A stretch of 63,654 nucleotides of DNA, counting the filler, from Octopus bimaculoides (lineage: Eukaryota): the NCBI RefSeq assembly GCF_001194135.2. It is 4 parts of 4 records of this genome, joined end to end, with 100 filler letters (N's around TTAATTAATTAA, not from the genome) between each part and the next. Parts side by side here need not be neighbours in the genome. Positions count along the whole stretch, not along the records: positions 24,876 to 54,188 come from NC_068993.1; 3 more parts are not named here. The stretch is one strand, 5' to 3'. The notes under the pieces are model-generated. The model was given only the letters and a program-made list of their open reading frames with translations. It searched no databases and was not told the origin of the DNA. Shown here in pieces: positions 40,229 to 53,023 of this stretch (position 1 is its first letter; every line of letters starts with the position of its first letter). The translations under genes were made by a program, and so were the position numbers.

Positions 40229-40782
40229 TAAGATAGAAAAGAGCTTTGCTTTCAAATATATTGCACTAAAGACAAACCATGTTTTTGTATTTTCATATTA
40301 GTCCTTTATGTTTAGTTCAGAACAATACCATTCTTAAATCCATATATCCCTTAACAGTTTTGAGAAAATTTTGGTCTCGTCATCAGAATGAAATAATGGT
40401 AATAATGACGTATTGTTTGTGTGCTCTGCTATAGAACACAAAGGATCGTGGGAATAATATTATAAGTGATAAGATCACCAACTGCCAGTGTACCTTACAC
40501 AATACACCTCCTATTATCACCATTCTTGCCACTACTAACAAACCACTACCACTACCACCATAAGGACCATAGCTGCCACTCTATAGTGGCCACCGCTGTC
40601 AGTCTACCTTATACAATACATTTCGTCAAATACAATTAGAAGAGAATTTATTATTGTTGTATTATTGTGAGACAGACAGACAAAAAAACAAACAAAACAA
40701 ACAAAACAAAACAATACACATGTGCTTATCTATTTGTCTGTTTGTCTGCCTGTCAGTTGGTCTCCATATATACATGTGTGTA

Positions 40783-40817
<35 letters not shown>

Positions 40818-41003
40818 GTATTTACAACACATACACACAGGCACATAAACATGCACACAAACAAACATACACATGCATAGACACACAGACAGACACAGAC
40901 ACACACACACACACACATCTGAAGGTAAATAATACAAGTAAATTTGTTTATATGAGTGTGTGTGTGTGCTTACATAGATACATACATACATATATATATA
41001 TGC

Positions 41004-41036
<33 letters not shown>

Positions 41037-41064
41037 AGTATGGGTAGGTAAATATATAAATATA

Positions 41065-41105
<41 letters not shown>

Positions 41106-41518
41106 CAAGCACACACATGTGCGCAGGCACACACACATATGAACATATGTGTACAGACACACACATATATATATATTACTCATCAAAAGAAAACAAACAA
41201 AAAAGAAACCAAAAGACTAATACACATAAAAACATTACTAGATCAACTGTGTGTGTGTGTGTGTGTGAGTGTGTGTGTGTGTGTGTATAAGAAGAAAAGA
41301 ATAAAGGGAACAAAGCAATGAAAAATAAAATGGAAAAGATAAAAACGATAATACAACAAAAGAAAAAAAACCCATCACTGCAATGACTGTGACTCCCTCT
41401 ATAAACAAACAACAACAACATTGTCAAGAAAGTAAAACTAATGAAAGCAACAAACTCACACACATACAGACAGTAATGCATACATAATACATATATTTAC
41501 ATATATGTGTATATACAC

Positions 41519-41549
<31 letters not shown>

Positions 41550-42111
41550 NNNNNNNNNNNNNNNNNNNNNNNNNNNNNNNNNNNNNNNNNNNNNNNNNNN
41601 NNNNNNNNNNNNNNNNNNNNNNNNNNNNNNNNNNNNNNNNNNNNNNNNNNNNNNNNNNNNNNNNNNNNNNNNNNNNNNNNNNNNNNNNNNNNNNNNNNNN
41701 NNNNNNNNNNNNNNNNNNNNNNNNNNNNNNNNNNNNNNNNNNNNNNNNNNNNNNNNNNNNNNNNNNNNNNNNNNNNNNNNNNNNNNNNNNNNNNNNNNNN
41801 NNNNNNNNNNNNNNNNNNNNNNNNNNNNNNNNNNNNNNNNNNNNNNNNNNNNNNNNNNNNNNNNNNNNNNNNNNNNNNNNNNNNNNNNNNNNNNNNNNNN
41901 NNNNNNNNNNNNNNNNNNNNNNNNNNNNNNNNNNNNNNNNNNNNNNNNNNNNNNNNNNNNNNNNNNNNNNNNNNNNNNNNNNNNNNNNNNNNNNNNNNNN
42001 NNNNNNNNNNNNNNNNNNNNNNNNNNNNNNNNNNNNNNNNNNNATATATATATGTATATGAATACTAGCATCCCTTAAAGGATTATAAGTCCTTGATACA
42101 ATTATACACAC

Positions 42112-42149
<38 letters not shown>

Positions 42150-42267
42150 CCACACACTTATATATGTATATGTATGTATGTATGTGAGTATGTACATACA
42201 AACATACATACATATATAAATATATATATATATAAATAAATATATATATATATATATATATACATAC

Positions 42268-42312
<45 letters not shown>

Positions 42313-42314
42313 CG

Positions 42315-42453
42315 TTAGGAAGGGCATCCAGCTGTAGAAACTCTGCCAAATCAGACTGGAGCCTGGTGTTGCCATCCGGTTTCACCAGTCCTCAGTCAAA
42401 TCGTCCAACCCATGCTAGCATGGAAAGCGGACGTTAAACGATGATGATGATGA

Positions 42454-42456
<3 letters not shown>
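42315..42456 (-). mobile_element. SINE-like family D copy (young)
   Basis: Nearly identical reverse complement of 48986-49144. Confidence 0.85.
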
Positions 42457-42492
<36 letters not shown>

Positions 42493-42691
42493 TAGCTGAG
42501 TTTAAAATAGCCGTCTTTGGGATAGAAGTATCCATTATACTACTGGTATATTACCTATGTTTAACATGGGCAATACATATGCAAGCGTATTATGCTCATA
42601 AATTATAGGTAAAAACAAAGATAAACATGAGTTTATCAAGGATCAAGATTTAAAGAAGACAAAAATGCTTTCTCCATTTTCTGTCTTCTTC

Positions 42692-42740
<49 letters not shown>

Positions 42741-42857
42741 TGTATGCATGTATGTATGAATGTGTGTATGTGTATAACAATAGAATGAATCATTAACTGT
42801 TTCTCCATGTATCTATATCTACCTTTCTATTTGTACACATATTGCATATATACATAC

Positions 42858-42897
<40 letters not shown>

Positions 42898-43023
42898 TAA
42901 TATAATATGAGGAATAAAAATCCAAATTNNNNNNNNNNNNNNNNNNNNNNNNNNNNNNNNNNNNNNNNNNNNNNNNNNNNNNNNNNNNNNNNNNNNNNNN
43001 NNNNNNNNNNNNNNNNNNNNNNN

Positions 43024-43080
<57 letters not shown>

Positions 43081-43344
43081 TTTATATATATATATTCGTA
43101 TATGTACATATATGTATGTATATATGTGTACATATATGTATATATACATGTGTATATATATATACATAATATACATGTATATGTGTATATGTGTGTGTGT
43201 ATGAATATATACAGACAAATAACTATAGATGTGTACATATATACATGCGTATATATATATATTTTTATGTATGGGTATACATATATATATGTAGAAACAC
43301 ACGCATGTATATATACAACAAGCATATACATATACATGCATATG

Positions 43345-43406
<62 letters not shown>

Positions 43407-43839
43407 AAAGGGAGAGTGAGAAAGCACAAGGGATTCTGATAGGCAATATTCAACAGAGATAGAAACCCTAGCAAGGTGTTACCTAAGGACCACAAAGCAT
43501 ATCTCACACATGTCATTGCTGTTGTTGTTGTTGTTGCTGTTCCTATTGTTGTGGCAGTTGTTGTTGTTGTTGTTTTATTGTTTTCCATGCTGCTATTGTT
43601 GTTTGTTGCCAACACTGTAGTTGTTTGGCTCTACCCATTGTTGCTCCTGTTGTTGTAGTTGCTACTTCTTTCATTGTGATTACCATAGAGGTGGGGCCTG
43701 GTTAGATAAGGGGGTAGGAATTGGAGGGGGAGACTTCATTGTGGCACTATGTGACATGGAGTGTCTTAGAGATGTGTGAGAAAATGTACACACACACACA
43801 CACACACACACACGTGTGTGTGTGCGTGTGTGTGTGTAT

Positions 43840-43875
<36 letters not shown>

Positions 43876-44094
43876 GTATCTATCTATCTATCTATCTATC
43901 TATCTGTCTGTCTGTCTGTCTATCTATCAGTCTATTTATATCTATCTATCTATCTATCTATCTATCTAACTATCTATCTATCTATCTATCTATCTATGTG
44001 TGTGAATATATATATAATACATACACATGCATGTATGTATATGATTGAATGTGCTTATATACGTATGTGAGTGTGTATGTGAGTATTACTTTCT

Positions 44095-44488
44095 TTCTTT
44101 CTTTACTTGTTTCAGTCATTTGACTGTAGTCATGCTGGAGCACTGCGTTTAGTTGAGCAAATCGACCACAGGACTTATTCTTTGTAAGCCTAGTACTTAT
44201 TCTATCGGTCTCCTTTGCCGAAACGCTAAGTTACAGGGACGTAAACACACCAGCAACGGTTGTCAAGTGATGTTGCAGGGACAAAAACAGATACACACAC
44301 ACATATATACATATACATATATACGACAGGCTTCTTTCAGTTTCCATCTACCAAATCCACTCACAAGGCTTTGGTCGGCCCGAGGCTATAGTAGAAGACA
44401 CTTGCCCAAGGTGCCACGCAGTGGGACTGGACCTAGAACCATGTGGTTGGTAAGCAAGCTACAAGTACTTACCACACAGCCACTCCTG
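44095..44488 (-). mobile_element. SINE family A copy
   Basis: Full bipartite copy with an internal (CA)/(TA) tract. Confidence 0.88.
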
Positions 44489-44614
44489 TATATATGTATA
44501 TATATAAATATATAAATAGTGTTATAAGAAATAGTAAGTCCACAGTACAGTATTATAGATTTGAAAAGATGAATAGAAGTGACTTTTCTTATAATTTTTC
44601 CACTTTAATAATGA

Positions 44615-44651
<37 letters not shown>

Positions 44652-45542
44652 GTAATTAATTTATATGTGTGTGTGTCTTTGTGTCTGTGTTTGTCCCCAC
44701 CTCACCTGTGTTGGTGTGTTTATGTCTCCATAACTTAACAGTTTGGCAAAAGAAACTGACAGAATGAATACTATGCTTAAGAAGTATGTCCAGGGGTCGA
44801 TATGTTTGACAAAAATCCTTCCAGGTTGTGTTCCAGCTTGACCGCAGTCAAATGACTGAAACAAGTAAATGAATAAAAGAATAAAATAATATATGTCGTT
44901 TTATCTTTTTCTTCTTACTTGTTTATATCATTTTTCACTGCGGTCATGCTGGGGCACCACCAAGAATGTTCTCGATAATGACTTCGAAGTTTCAGCCAGG
45001 AATTTTAGTCAAACAAATGAAATCCAGGACATTTTTTTTAAAACCTGGTTCTTATTCTATCAGAGACTTTTGCCAAATTGCTAAGCGATGGGGATATAAA
45101 CACAGCAACACCGGTTGTCAGGCAGTGATGGGAGGGATAAACACAATGAGGTAATAAAAATACTCAACTGGTACTTATTTTATTGATCCTGGAAAGATGA
45201 AATGCAAAGTTGACCTTGGTGAAATTTGTAATAATAATGATTTCTTAAACAACAATAATGACAATAATTATAATAATACAAGAATAAGTGATTGAGCATA
45301 GATGAGTAACCATCATATTATTGGTCAAAGTGTCAAACAAAATTTTCCTTATTGATACAGCAGTCCCAGCTAACCATAATGTTACAGCTAAGAAGATTAC
45401 CAGCTCTGCAAATTCAAAGGTGAAACTAGAAAGAGGGACACTATTATGGAAGTTATTCTTGTAGTGGTCAGAAAACTGGGGTTTCACCACAAAGGAACTG
45501 TCACAATTCCTTGACCAGATTAAAATGAAGCATGTTGTTGTT

Positions 45543-45921
45543 GGCACTCCGTCGCTTATGACGACGGGGGTTCTCGTTGATCCGATCAATGGAGCAGCCT
45601 GCTCGTGAAATTAATGTGCAAGTGGCTGAGCACTCCACAGACACGTGTACCCTTAATGTAGTTCTCGGGGATATTCAGCGTGACACAGTGTGACAAGGCT
45701 GACCGTTTGAATTACAGGCACAACAGAAACAGGAAGAAAGAGTGAGAGAAAGTTGTGGTGAAAGAGTACAGCAGGGTTTGCCACCATCCCCCTGCCGGAG
45801 CCTCGTGGAGCTTTTACGTGTTTTCGCTCAATAAACACTCGCAACGCCCGGTCTGGGAATCGAAACCGCAATCCTACGACCTCGAGTCCACTGCCCTAAC
45901 CATTGGGCCATTGCACCTCCA
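45543..45921 (-). mobile_element. SINE family C full-length copy
   Basis: Minus-strand tRNA-like head (GGAGGTGCAATGGCCCAATGGTTAGGGCAG..GGTTTCGATTCCC); body shared with 16690 and 10420-10580. Confidence 0.8.
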
Positions 45922-46206
45922 CAAAATGAAACATGATACCAACATTATGCAGAAAAACAAAACGAAACAGAAAAATCCCGTCTTATTAGGCACTGCTCAT
46001 ATCTTGTGAAATATATTAAAGGTTAGATTTTTAAAAACATTTCCTCAGGTAATGTATAATATAAATACATGGATAGAACTAGATAAAGAAAGAAATAAAA
46101 CACTAAACAAATAATGGTAATCCTTCTCCACACCTTCTAGACTGGTTGATCATGGGCTAAACTATAATCCTGATCGCCTTCTACTTTCATGCTGTCTAGG
46201 AACATA

Positions 46207-46437
46207 CATTTGTGGCCAAAAGTTTGGAGCACAAATCTGAAAATTTGAATTTTTATATTAAATGCCCAAAGTTATATGTAATTTGCAATATATTATTAGT
46301 TGACCAAAAGTCTGAAGCATAAATCTGAAAATTATAAAACAAAGATGTCTCTACAATGTATACATTTGAATCAAATTGTACTTGGGCATAACAATTTTAA
46401 TTTAAAAAAAAATGTTCCACACGTTTGGCAATGACTG
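46207..46437. mobile_element. Tc1-type MITE
   Basis: TA flanks; imperfect inverted ends CATTTGTGGCCAAAAGTTTGGAGCA / TGTTCCACACGTTTGGCAATGACTG. Confidence 0.6.
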
Positions 46438-47048
46438 TATATTCATAGCGTCCAGTCCCAATGTTACCCAGAGCACCCAGTGTTGGGATAGAGGAAAATG
46501 GGTTGTGTCTTTCTGGGGAGCATGATATATCAATTCACAGACTCTTAAATTAGTTCTTTTCAACCATCTACCCTATGAATGTTCCATTGAGTCAAGGATC
46601 ATCTTCTTAATCTGGCTACAATTTCTGTTTTCCTACATGTTAGTGCAGTTTATTTAAGTCACACCTCAGTCCTTTGTTTATTATTCAAAGAACTGAAAGT
46701 TTAATATAGTCCCAGGGGGAAATGAACTTTGCTTCTCATTGTGCTAACAATTCTGCCAGGTCGCTGTCTTTAAAAATAATAATAATAATAATCCTTTCTA
46801 CTATAGGCACAAGGCCTGAAATTTTAGAGAAGAGGTCCAGTCGATTATATCAACCCCAGTGCATAACTGGTACTTATTTCATTGACCCCCATAAAAAGGA
46901 TGAAAGGCAAAGTCGATTTTGGCAATATTTGAATTCAGAATATAAGGGTGGATGTCACCTTAGTCTGCTGGCTGTGAACAGCTGACACTTTCCACCATAC
47001 CCAATAAAATAAGCTGTGAGTTTTCATCACATGATAATAATAGTAATA

Positions 47049-47079
<31 letters not shown>

Positions 47080-48309
47080 TNNNNNNNNNNATAATAATAA
47101 TAATAATAATAATAATTATAATAATAATAATAACAACAACGACAACAACAATAATGATACTGAGGCAGTAGCTTTCATGGCTTTGGGTCTTAACTGATTA
47201 GAAGCATTATCATGTTCATGTTTTGTCTTGGTATAAAAGATGGGCTACATCGAATATTCTGCTGAATACCACAGATTTGCTTGTCATTCACTTGATCTTA
47301 ACCACTTGAACATGTCTCTTGGTGGCTGACGATATGTGCATCTCTGATCATGAGCAGAAGTAGTAAGGGTACATCATAGCCATATGTTGAGAGGAATTCT
47401 TCAGGGTCTCAATAATTCAACCTTGGAAACATGGGTGTTCATTCATCATTCTTAAACAAACTTTATTCAGGGATCTTTTGAGTGGGATGGGCTACTCAAC
47501 CTATTGAAAACTGTAACTGAGCCCCACCGGCAAGGTCATGCACTATTTACCTTGATATAAGGTCACTATGTCATGCACATATGGTGAAGTATGTGCCTGG
47601 TGTACCTTTATCCGATGGGTAGTCATGATAGGTATGTTGGGCTTTGATGGCCTGCATTATTGAGGAATATTTTATAGAATAATTAGTTAAAGAGAAGCTA
47701 TATGTAGCAGTTCGATCAGCTAGAAACAGCAACCAGATCTCTGTATTCAAAATGGAAGGTCACTCTAGTTATTGTAGCTCCAGATATGGGCTCTGTCTGT
47801 AATAGAAAATGGTTGGATGGTTTCCGTCTACCAAATCCACTCACAAGGTTTTGGTCGGCCCGAGGCTATAATAGAAGGCACTTCCTTAAGGTGCCACACA
47901 GTGGGACTGAACCTGTAACTATGTAGTTCGTAAGCAAACTACTTACCACACAGCCACTCCTATGCCTATATGTATACTATGTGTATATATATATGTGTGT
48001 GTGCGTGTGTGTGTATGGATGTTTTTGATGTGTATCTGTGGGTTTTGTGTATGCATGTGTAAGTATGGTAATTTTATGATCTGTACTTTGTAGTTGATCC
48101 ATAAAATTCATGTAAAGTGCACCATACTGAGTTTTTAGAATATGTTATAATAATAATAACAATAACAACAACAACAACAATAGCAGCAGCAGCAACAACA
48201 ACAATAATAATAACAATGCTGATGATGATGATTATGATGATGATGTTGAAAAATCAATTAAGCCTGCTGAATTGTCTAGATTAGATCTTTATGTTGGTTG
48301 AACTTTTAC

Positions 48310-48341
<32 letters not shown>

Positions 48342-48985
48342 NNNNNNNNNNNNNNNNNNNNNNNNNNNNNNNNNNNNNNNNNNNNNNNNNNNNNNNNNNN
48401 NNNNNNNNNNNNNNNNNNNNNNNNNNNNNNNNNNNNNNNNNNNNNNNNNNNNNNNNNNNNNNNNNNNNNNNNNNNNNNNNNNNNNNNNNNNNNNNNNNNN
48501 NNNNNNNNNNNNNNNNNNNNNNNNNNNNNNNNNNNNNNNNNNNNNNNNNNNNNNNNNNNNNNNNNNNNNNNNNNNNNNNNNNNNNNNNNNNNNNNNNNNN
48601 NNNNNNNNNNNNNNNNNNNNNNNNNNNNNNNNNNNNNNNNNNNNNNNNNNNNNNNNNNNNNNNNNNNNNNNNNNNNNNNNNNNNNNNNNNNNNNNNNNNN
48701 NNNNNNNNNNNNNNNNNNNNNNNNNNNNNNNNNNNNNNNNNNNNNNNNNNNNNNNNNNNNNNNNNNNNNNNNNNNNNNNNNNNNNNNNNNNNNNNNNNNN
48801 NNNNNNNNNNNNNNNNNNNNNNNNNNNNNNNNNNNNNNNNNNNNNNNNNNNNNNNNNNNNNNNNNNNNNNNNNNNNNNNNNNNNNNNNNNNNNNNNNNNN
48901 NNNNNNNNNNNNNNNNNNNNNNNNNNTGGTAAGGCTGTTGCACTCATAATCGCTACATACCAACAGAAAAGCACATGCAAAATGG

Positions 48986-49144
48986 GAATATCATCATCAT
49001 CATCATCGTCGTTTAACGTCCGCTTTCCATGCTAGCATGGGTTGGACGATTTGACTGAGGACTGGTGAAACCGGATGGCAACACCAGGCTCCAATCTAAT
49101 TTGGCAGAGTTTCTACAGCTGGATGCCCTTCCTAACGCCAACCA
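48986..49144 (+). mobile_element. SINE-like family D copy (young)
   Basis: (CAT)n-CGTTTAACGTCCGCTTTCCATGCTAGCATGGG..CCTTCCTAACGCCAACCA. Confidence 0.85.
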
Positions 49145-49254
49145 TATATATGCATCGAATTTCCTTAGTCCACCTCAACATGTGTGTATTTGGTCAGAAT
49201 AGTACTGAAATAAATAAACTAACCTGAAGTGAATGGGATACATTTAAACAAAAC

Positions 49255-49506
49255 TAAAGGATAAAATCATTGAAATCAATGAATTTTATCAATGGCCATT
49301 ATATAAAAATGAACCTTTAGGTAAAATACATATATAGAGATATATAATTGTATAGGATACAATTATTCTTGATGGCAAGGAAGCTACCGCTTTCAACCTG
49401 TGTAAATATGAAGTGAAGATTTGCAGTGGCTGGACATATTTGCAGTCTGTTTTCAGCATATAGGTATGGTAGCTTCCTTGCCCTTGAATATAAATCTACC
49501 CTATAC

Positions 49507-49537
<31 letters not shown>

Positions 49538-49610
49538 TTTCACCTAAAAGGTTATTTTTTATATGCTGGCCATTGATGAAATTCATTAATTTTAATGATT
49601 TTATTCTTTA
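49255..49610. mobile_element. ~355-bp imperfect palindrome (foldback MITE)
   Basis: Outer ~75-bp arms, plus inner arms TATAATTGTATAGG/CCTATACAATTATA and GGCAAGGAAGCTACC/GGTAGCTTCCTTGCC. Confidence 0.8.
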
Positions 49611-50143
49611 ATTATGTTTATATATATATATATATATATATAAAATAGTGCACATTTTGACTGTCTCCTAGTGTGTAGAAATTGCCTGTTGAAGGCAGTT
49701 TTCTCTTGTGTTTAAATGTACACTATTTTATATTGAATAATATGTCGTCTATTGAATTTTTATACATGCTAGACCACTGGTAGGGAAATTTGTAAAAATA
49801 TTTGCTACCCTATATATGTATCTAAATACATACATATATNNNNNNNNNNNNNNNNNNNNNNNNNNNNNNNNNNNNNNNNNNNNNNNNNNNNNNNNNNNNN
49901 NNNNNNNNNNNNNNNNNNNNNNNNNNNNNNNNNNNNNNNNNNNNNNNNNNNNNNNNNNNNNNNNNNNNNNNNNNNNNNNNNNNNNNNNNNNNNNNNNNNN
50001 NNNNNNNNNNNNNNNNNNNNNNNNNNNNNNNNNNNNNNNNNNNNNNNNNNNNNNNNNNNNNNNNNNNNNNNNNNNNNNNNNNNNNNNNNNNNNNNNNNNN
50101 NNNNNNNNNNNNNNNNNNNCTTGAATATAAATCTACCCTATAC

Positions 50144-50174
<31 letters not shown>

Positions 50175-51187
50175 TTTCACCTAAAAGGTTATTTTTTATA
50201 TGCTGGCCATTGATGAAATTCATTAATTTTAATGATTTTATTCTTTAATTATGTTTATATATATATATATATATATATAAAATAATATAATAATATTAGG
50301 GAATATATCATTCCAAACATACAAGAATATTCAATTTAGTAATACCAAATTAAATTTCACACTATATAATATATGTATATAAATATAATTTAGAGAAGAA
50401 CCACCATTATACAATTCAGACAATGGATGACCCCAATGACACCATCCAGAAAAAATACATTATAAAAATACCAATCTAAAGTATAAAAAGTAAATAGTAT
50501 TGAATTTATAAATCATAAACGGTAAATAGCAATAAATTGACTATGCACGTTTCGTGGCTATATTAAAACAAATTAAATAATATATATATATATATATATG
50601 AACATAAAATTAGGTGGTATGAGAAGGGAATATAGATTACTTTAACTACACAACATCCCAAATATTACAGCCATTTTGCACCCTTCATCATACAGTATTA
50701 CTATTAGTATACAAGAAATTATATGTGCATTACTTTATGTCACAGTATTTGTGGACTGATGGCTGAGTTCATACAAGGAGCTTACTATGATAGCTGTATA
50801 ACTCTCTGAATCTATGGGTGGGAATGATATGGTGGAATTGCAAAGAGATAAAAATATGAGGAGTCAGGGTCATCCTTTAAGGTATGATGTGACTAGGAAT
50901 ATGTGAAGCAGAGGGTCTCCGAATGTTTATTAGGTAGGTTTGAAGGACAGATGTAGTGACTGGTGCATGACCAATGAAACATAACTTAGGGGAGTTAGCA
51001 GGTGAGTAAGAAATAAGTGACAGAGCATTGCAGCAGAATAGTAATGATGATACAATAGACAGGAGAAGGATGAGAGATGACATGTGGTTGGATCGGATAA
51101 AAGAGTGTGATTGTATATACATATATGTTGATAGAAAAGACAACAAAAGAAAGAAAGAGACCTCAATATTATGTAAATAGAGGAATT

Positions 51188-51380
51188 TATCTGTAAAAAA
51201 TATGTGACAATTATTCGATAGCCAAGATAAAACTCTGAGTTGCGGATGCCGGGGCAGACCCACGCCGCCATCTCAATGGCCAGATAACTGAAGAGATGGT
51301 GACGTGGGTTTCCACTCTGGCATCCGAAACTCGGAGTTTTATCATGGCTACCGAATAATTGTCACATATTTTTACAGATA
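51188..51380. mobile_element. ~190-bp hairpin MITE
   Basis: Arms 51188-51274 and 51293-51380 are largely complementary (TATCTGTAAAAA..ATGTGACAATTATTCG); TA ends. Confidence 0.85.
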
Positions 51381-51970
51381 TATATATATATCAAAGAAAT
51401 AGTTTTTAAGTTACGAAACAATTTGTTGTGATATTTGAATTTTCTTATTGTTAAATAAAATTTCATCATAGTATTTGTCTGTCAGTTATGAATTCATACT
51501 TTCCTTATCATTCTCTTTTGTATAGTATTATATATTCTATGTTTTGTAGAATGATACATTAAGGAGCACTTTTTATGAGAACTACTGAATTACTTCAATC
51601 CACATATTGTGACTTAAATTTATATATATCTATATATTCATATATTCTTTTACTTGTTTCACTTATTAAACTGTGGCCATGCTGGGGCACAGCCTGGTTG
51701 TTATATATTAAATATGTATTGTTACTTTTTATGTCAAGCTATAACATAAAAATTCTTCATGTGGAACTGGTGATGTGAATATGATAACTTTGTAGGGAAC
51801 ATGTTTATTGAACTTTTACAAGAGGCAAAATGATAGTGTCTTCAAAATTTCAGCTTGCTCACCTTCATCGGACAGTCTGTTGAAGGCTAGGTGGACAAAA
51901 CTTTCAAGTCAGTGCTTCTCTTATCCTTATATAAGCTTCCTAAATATTTTATATATATATATATAAAACA

Positions 51971-52210
51971 CCATTTTGAGCGTGGTTGTTGCCAGTACCG
52001 CCTGACTGGCTCTTGTGCCAGTGGAATAAAAAAGCACCCACTACACTCTCAGAGTGGTTGGCGTTAGGAAGGGCATCCAGCTGTAGAAACTCTGCCAGAT
52101 CAGATTGGAACCTGGTGCAGCCATCTGGTTCACCAGTCCTCAGTCAAATTGTTCAACCCATGCTAGCATGGAANNNNNNNNNNATGATGATGATGATGAT
52201 GATGATGATG
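51971..52210 (-). mobile_element. SINE-like family D copy with a longer 3' part
   Basis: Matches 42315 and 48986. Confidence 0.8.
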
Positions 52211-52215
52211 ATATA

Positions 52216-52264
<49 letters not shown>

Positions 52265-52266
<2 letters not shown>

Positions 52267-52650
52267 AAACTGGTGCAAGTGTGGCTCCATAGTAAGAAGT
52301 TTACTTCCCAACCACATAGTTCCAGGTTCAGTCCCATTGTGTGTCACCTTGGTCAATTATCTTCTACTATATCCTTGGGCCAACCAAAGGTCTTGTCAGT
52401 GGATCTGGTAGACAGAAACTGAAAGAAGCCTGCGGTGCTTATATATATATATGTGTGTGTGTGTGTATTTATATGTGTGTGTTTTGTGTCTGTATTTGTC
52501 TGCCCATCACAACCAGACGACCAGTGTTGGTGTGTTTACGTCCCTGTGACTTTTGGAATAAGTACTAGGCTTAAGAAATAAGTCCTGGGTTGAAGGTGAT
52601 AATCCAGCATGGCCACATTCAAATAACTGAAACAAGTAAAGGAAAAGAAA
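52265..52650 (+). mobile_element. SINE family A copy
   Basis: Bipartite body with an internal (TA)(TG) tract. Confidence 0.8.
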
Positions 52651-52657
52651 GGAATAT

Positions 52658-52693
<36 letters not shown>

Positions 52694-52972
52694 ACATATG
52701 ATATTGAATTCGCTGGGTTTTCCTTTAGAAGTACACTGATCTGATTGAATAAAGTGTTAAAGGTGAAATATCGATGAACTTGAAATTATCAGATTGTTTT
52801 ATTTCCTTAAATATAAATATCTCATAGTTATATGTGAATAATTAAAATTCAGTAGTTTACCTGTTGTTTGCAACAAGATGACCAGCAATACCCAATATTA
52901 TATGCACACACACACACACAAAGAAACAAACAGACAAACACACACATATTTATTTACACACACACACACGTA

Positions 52973-53023
<51 letters not shown>

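Noticed and set aside
50540-50695. Possible third PLE/hammerhead remnant (minus-strand GAAACGT and TGATGAAGG pieces)
   Set aside because: The pieces are separated and too decayed to fold.
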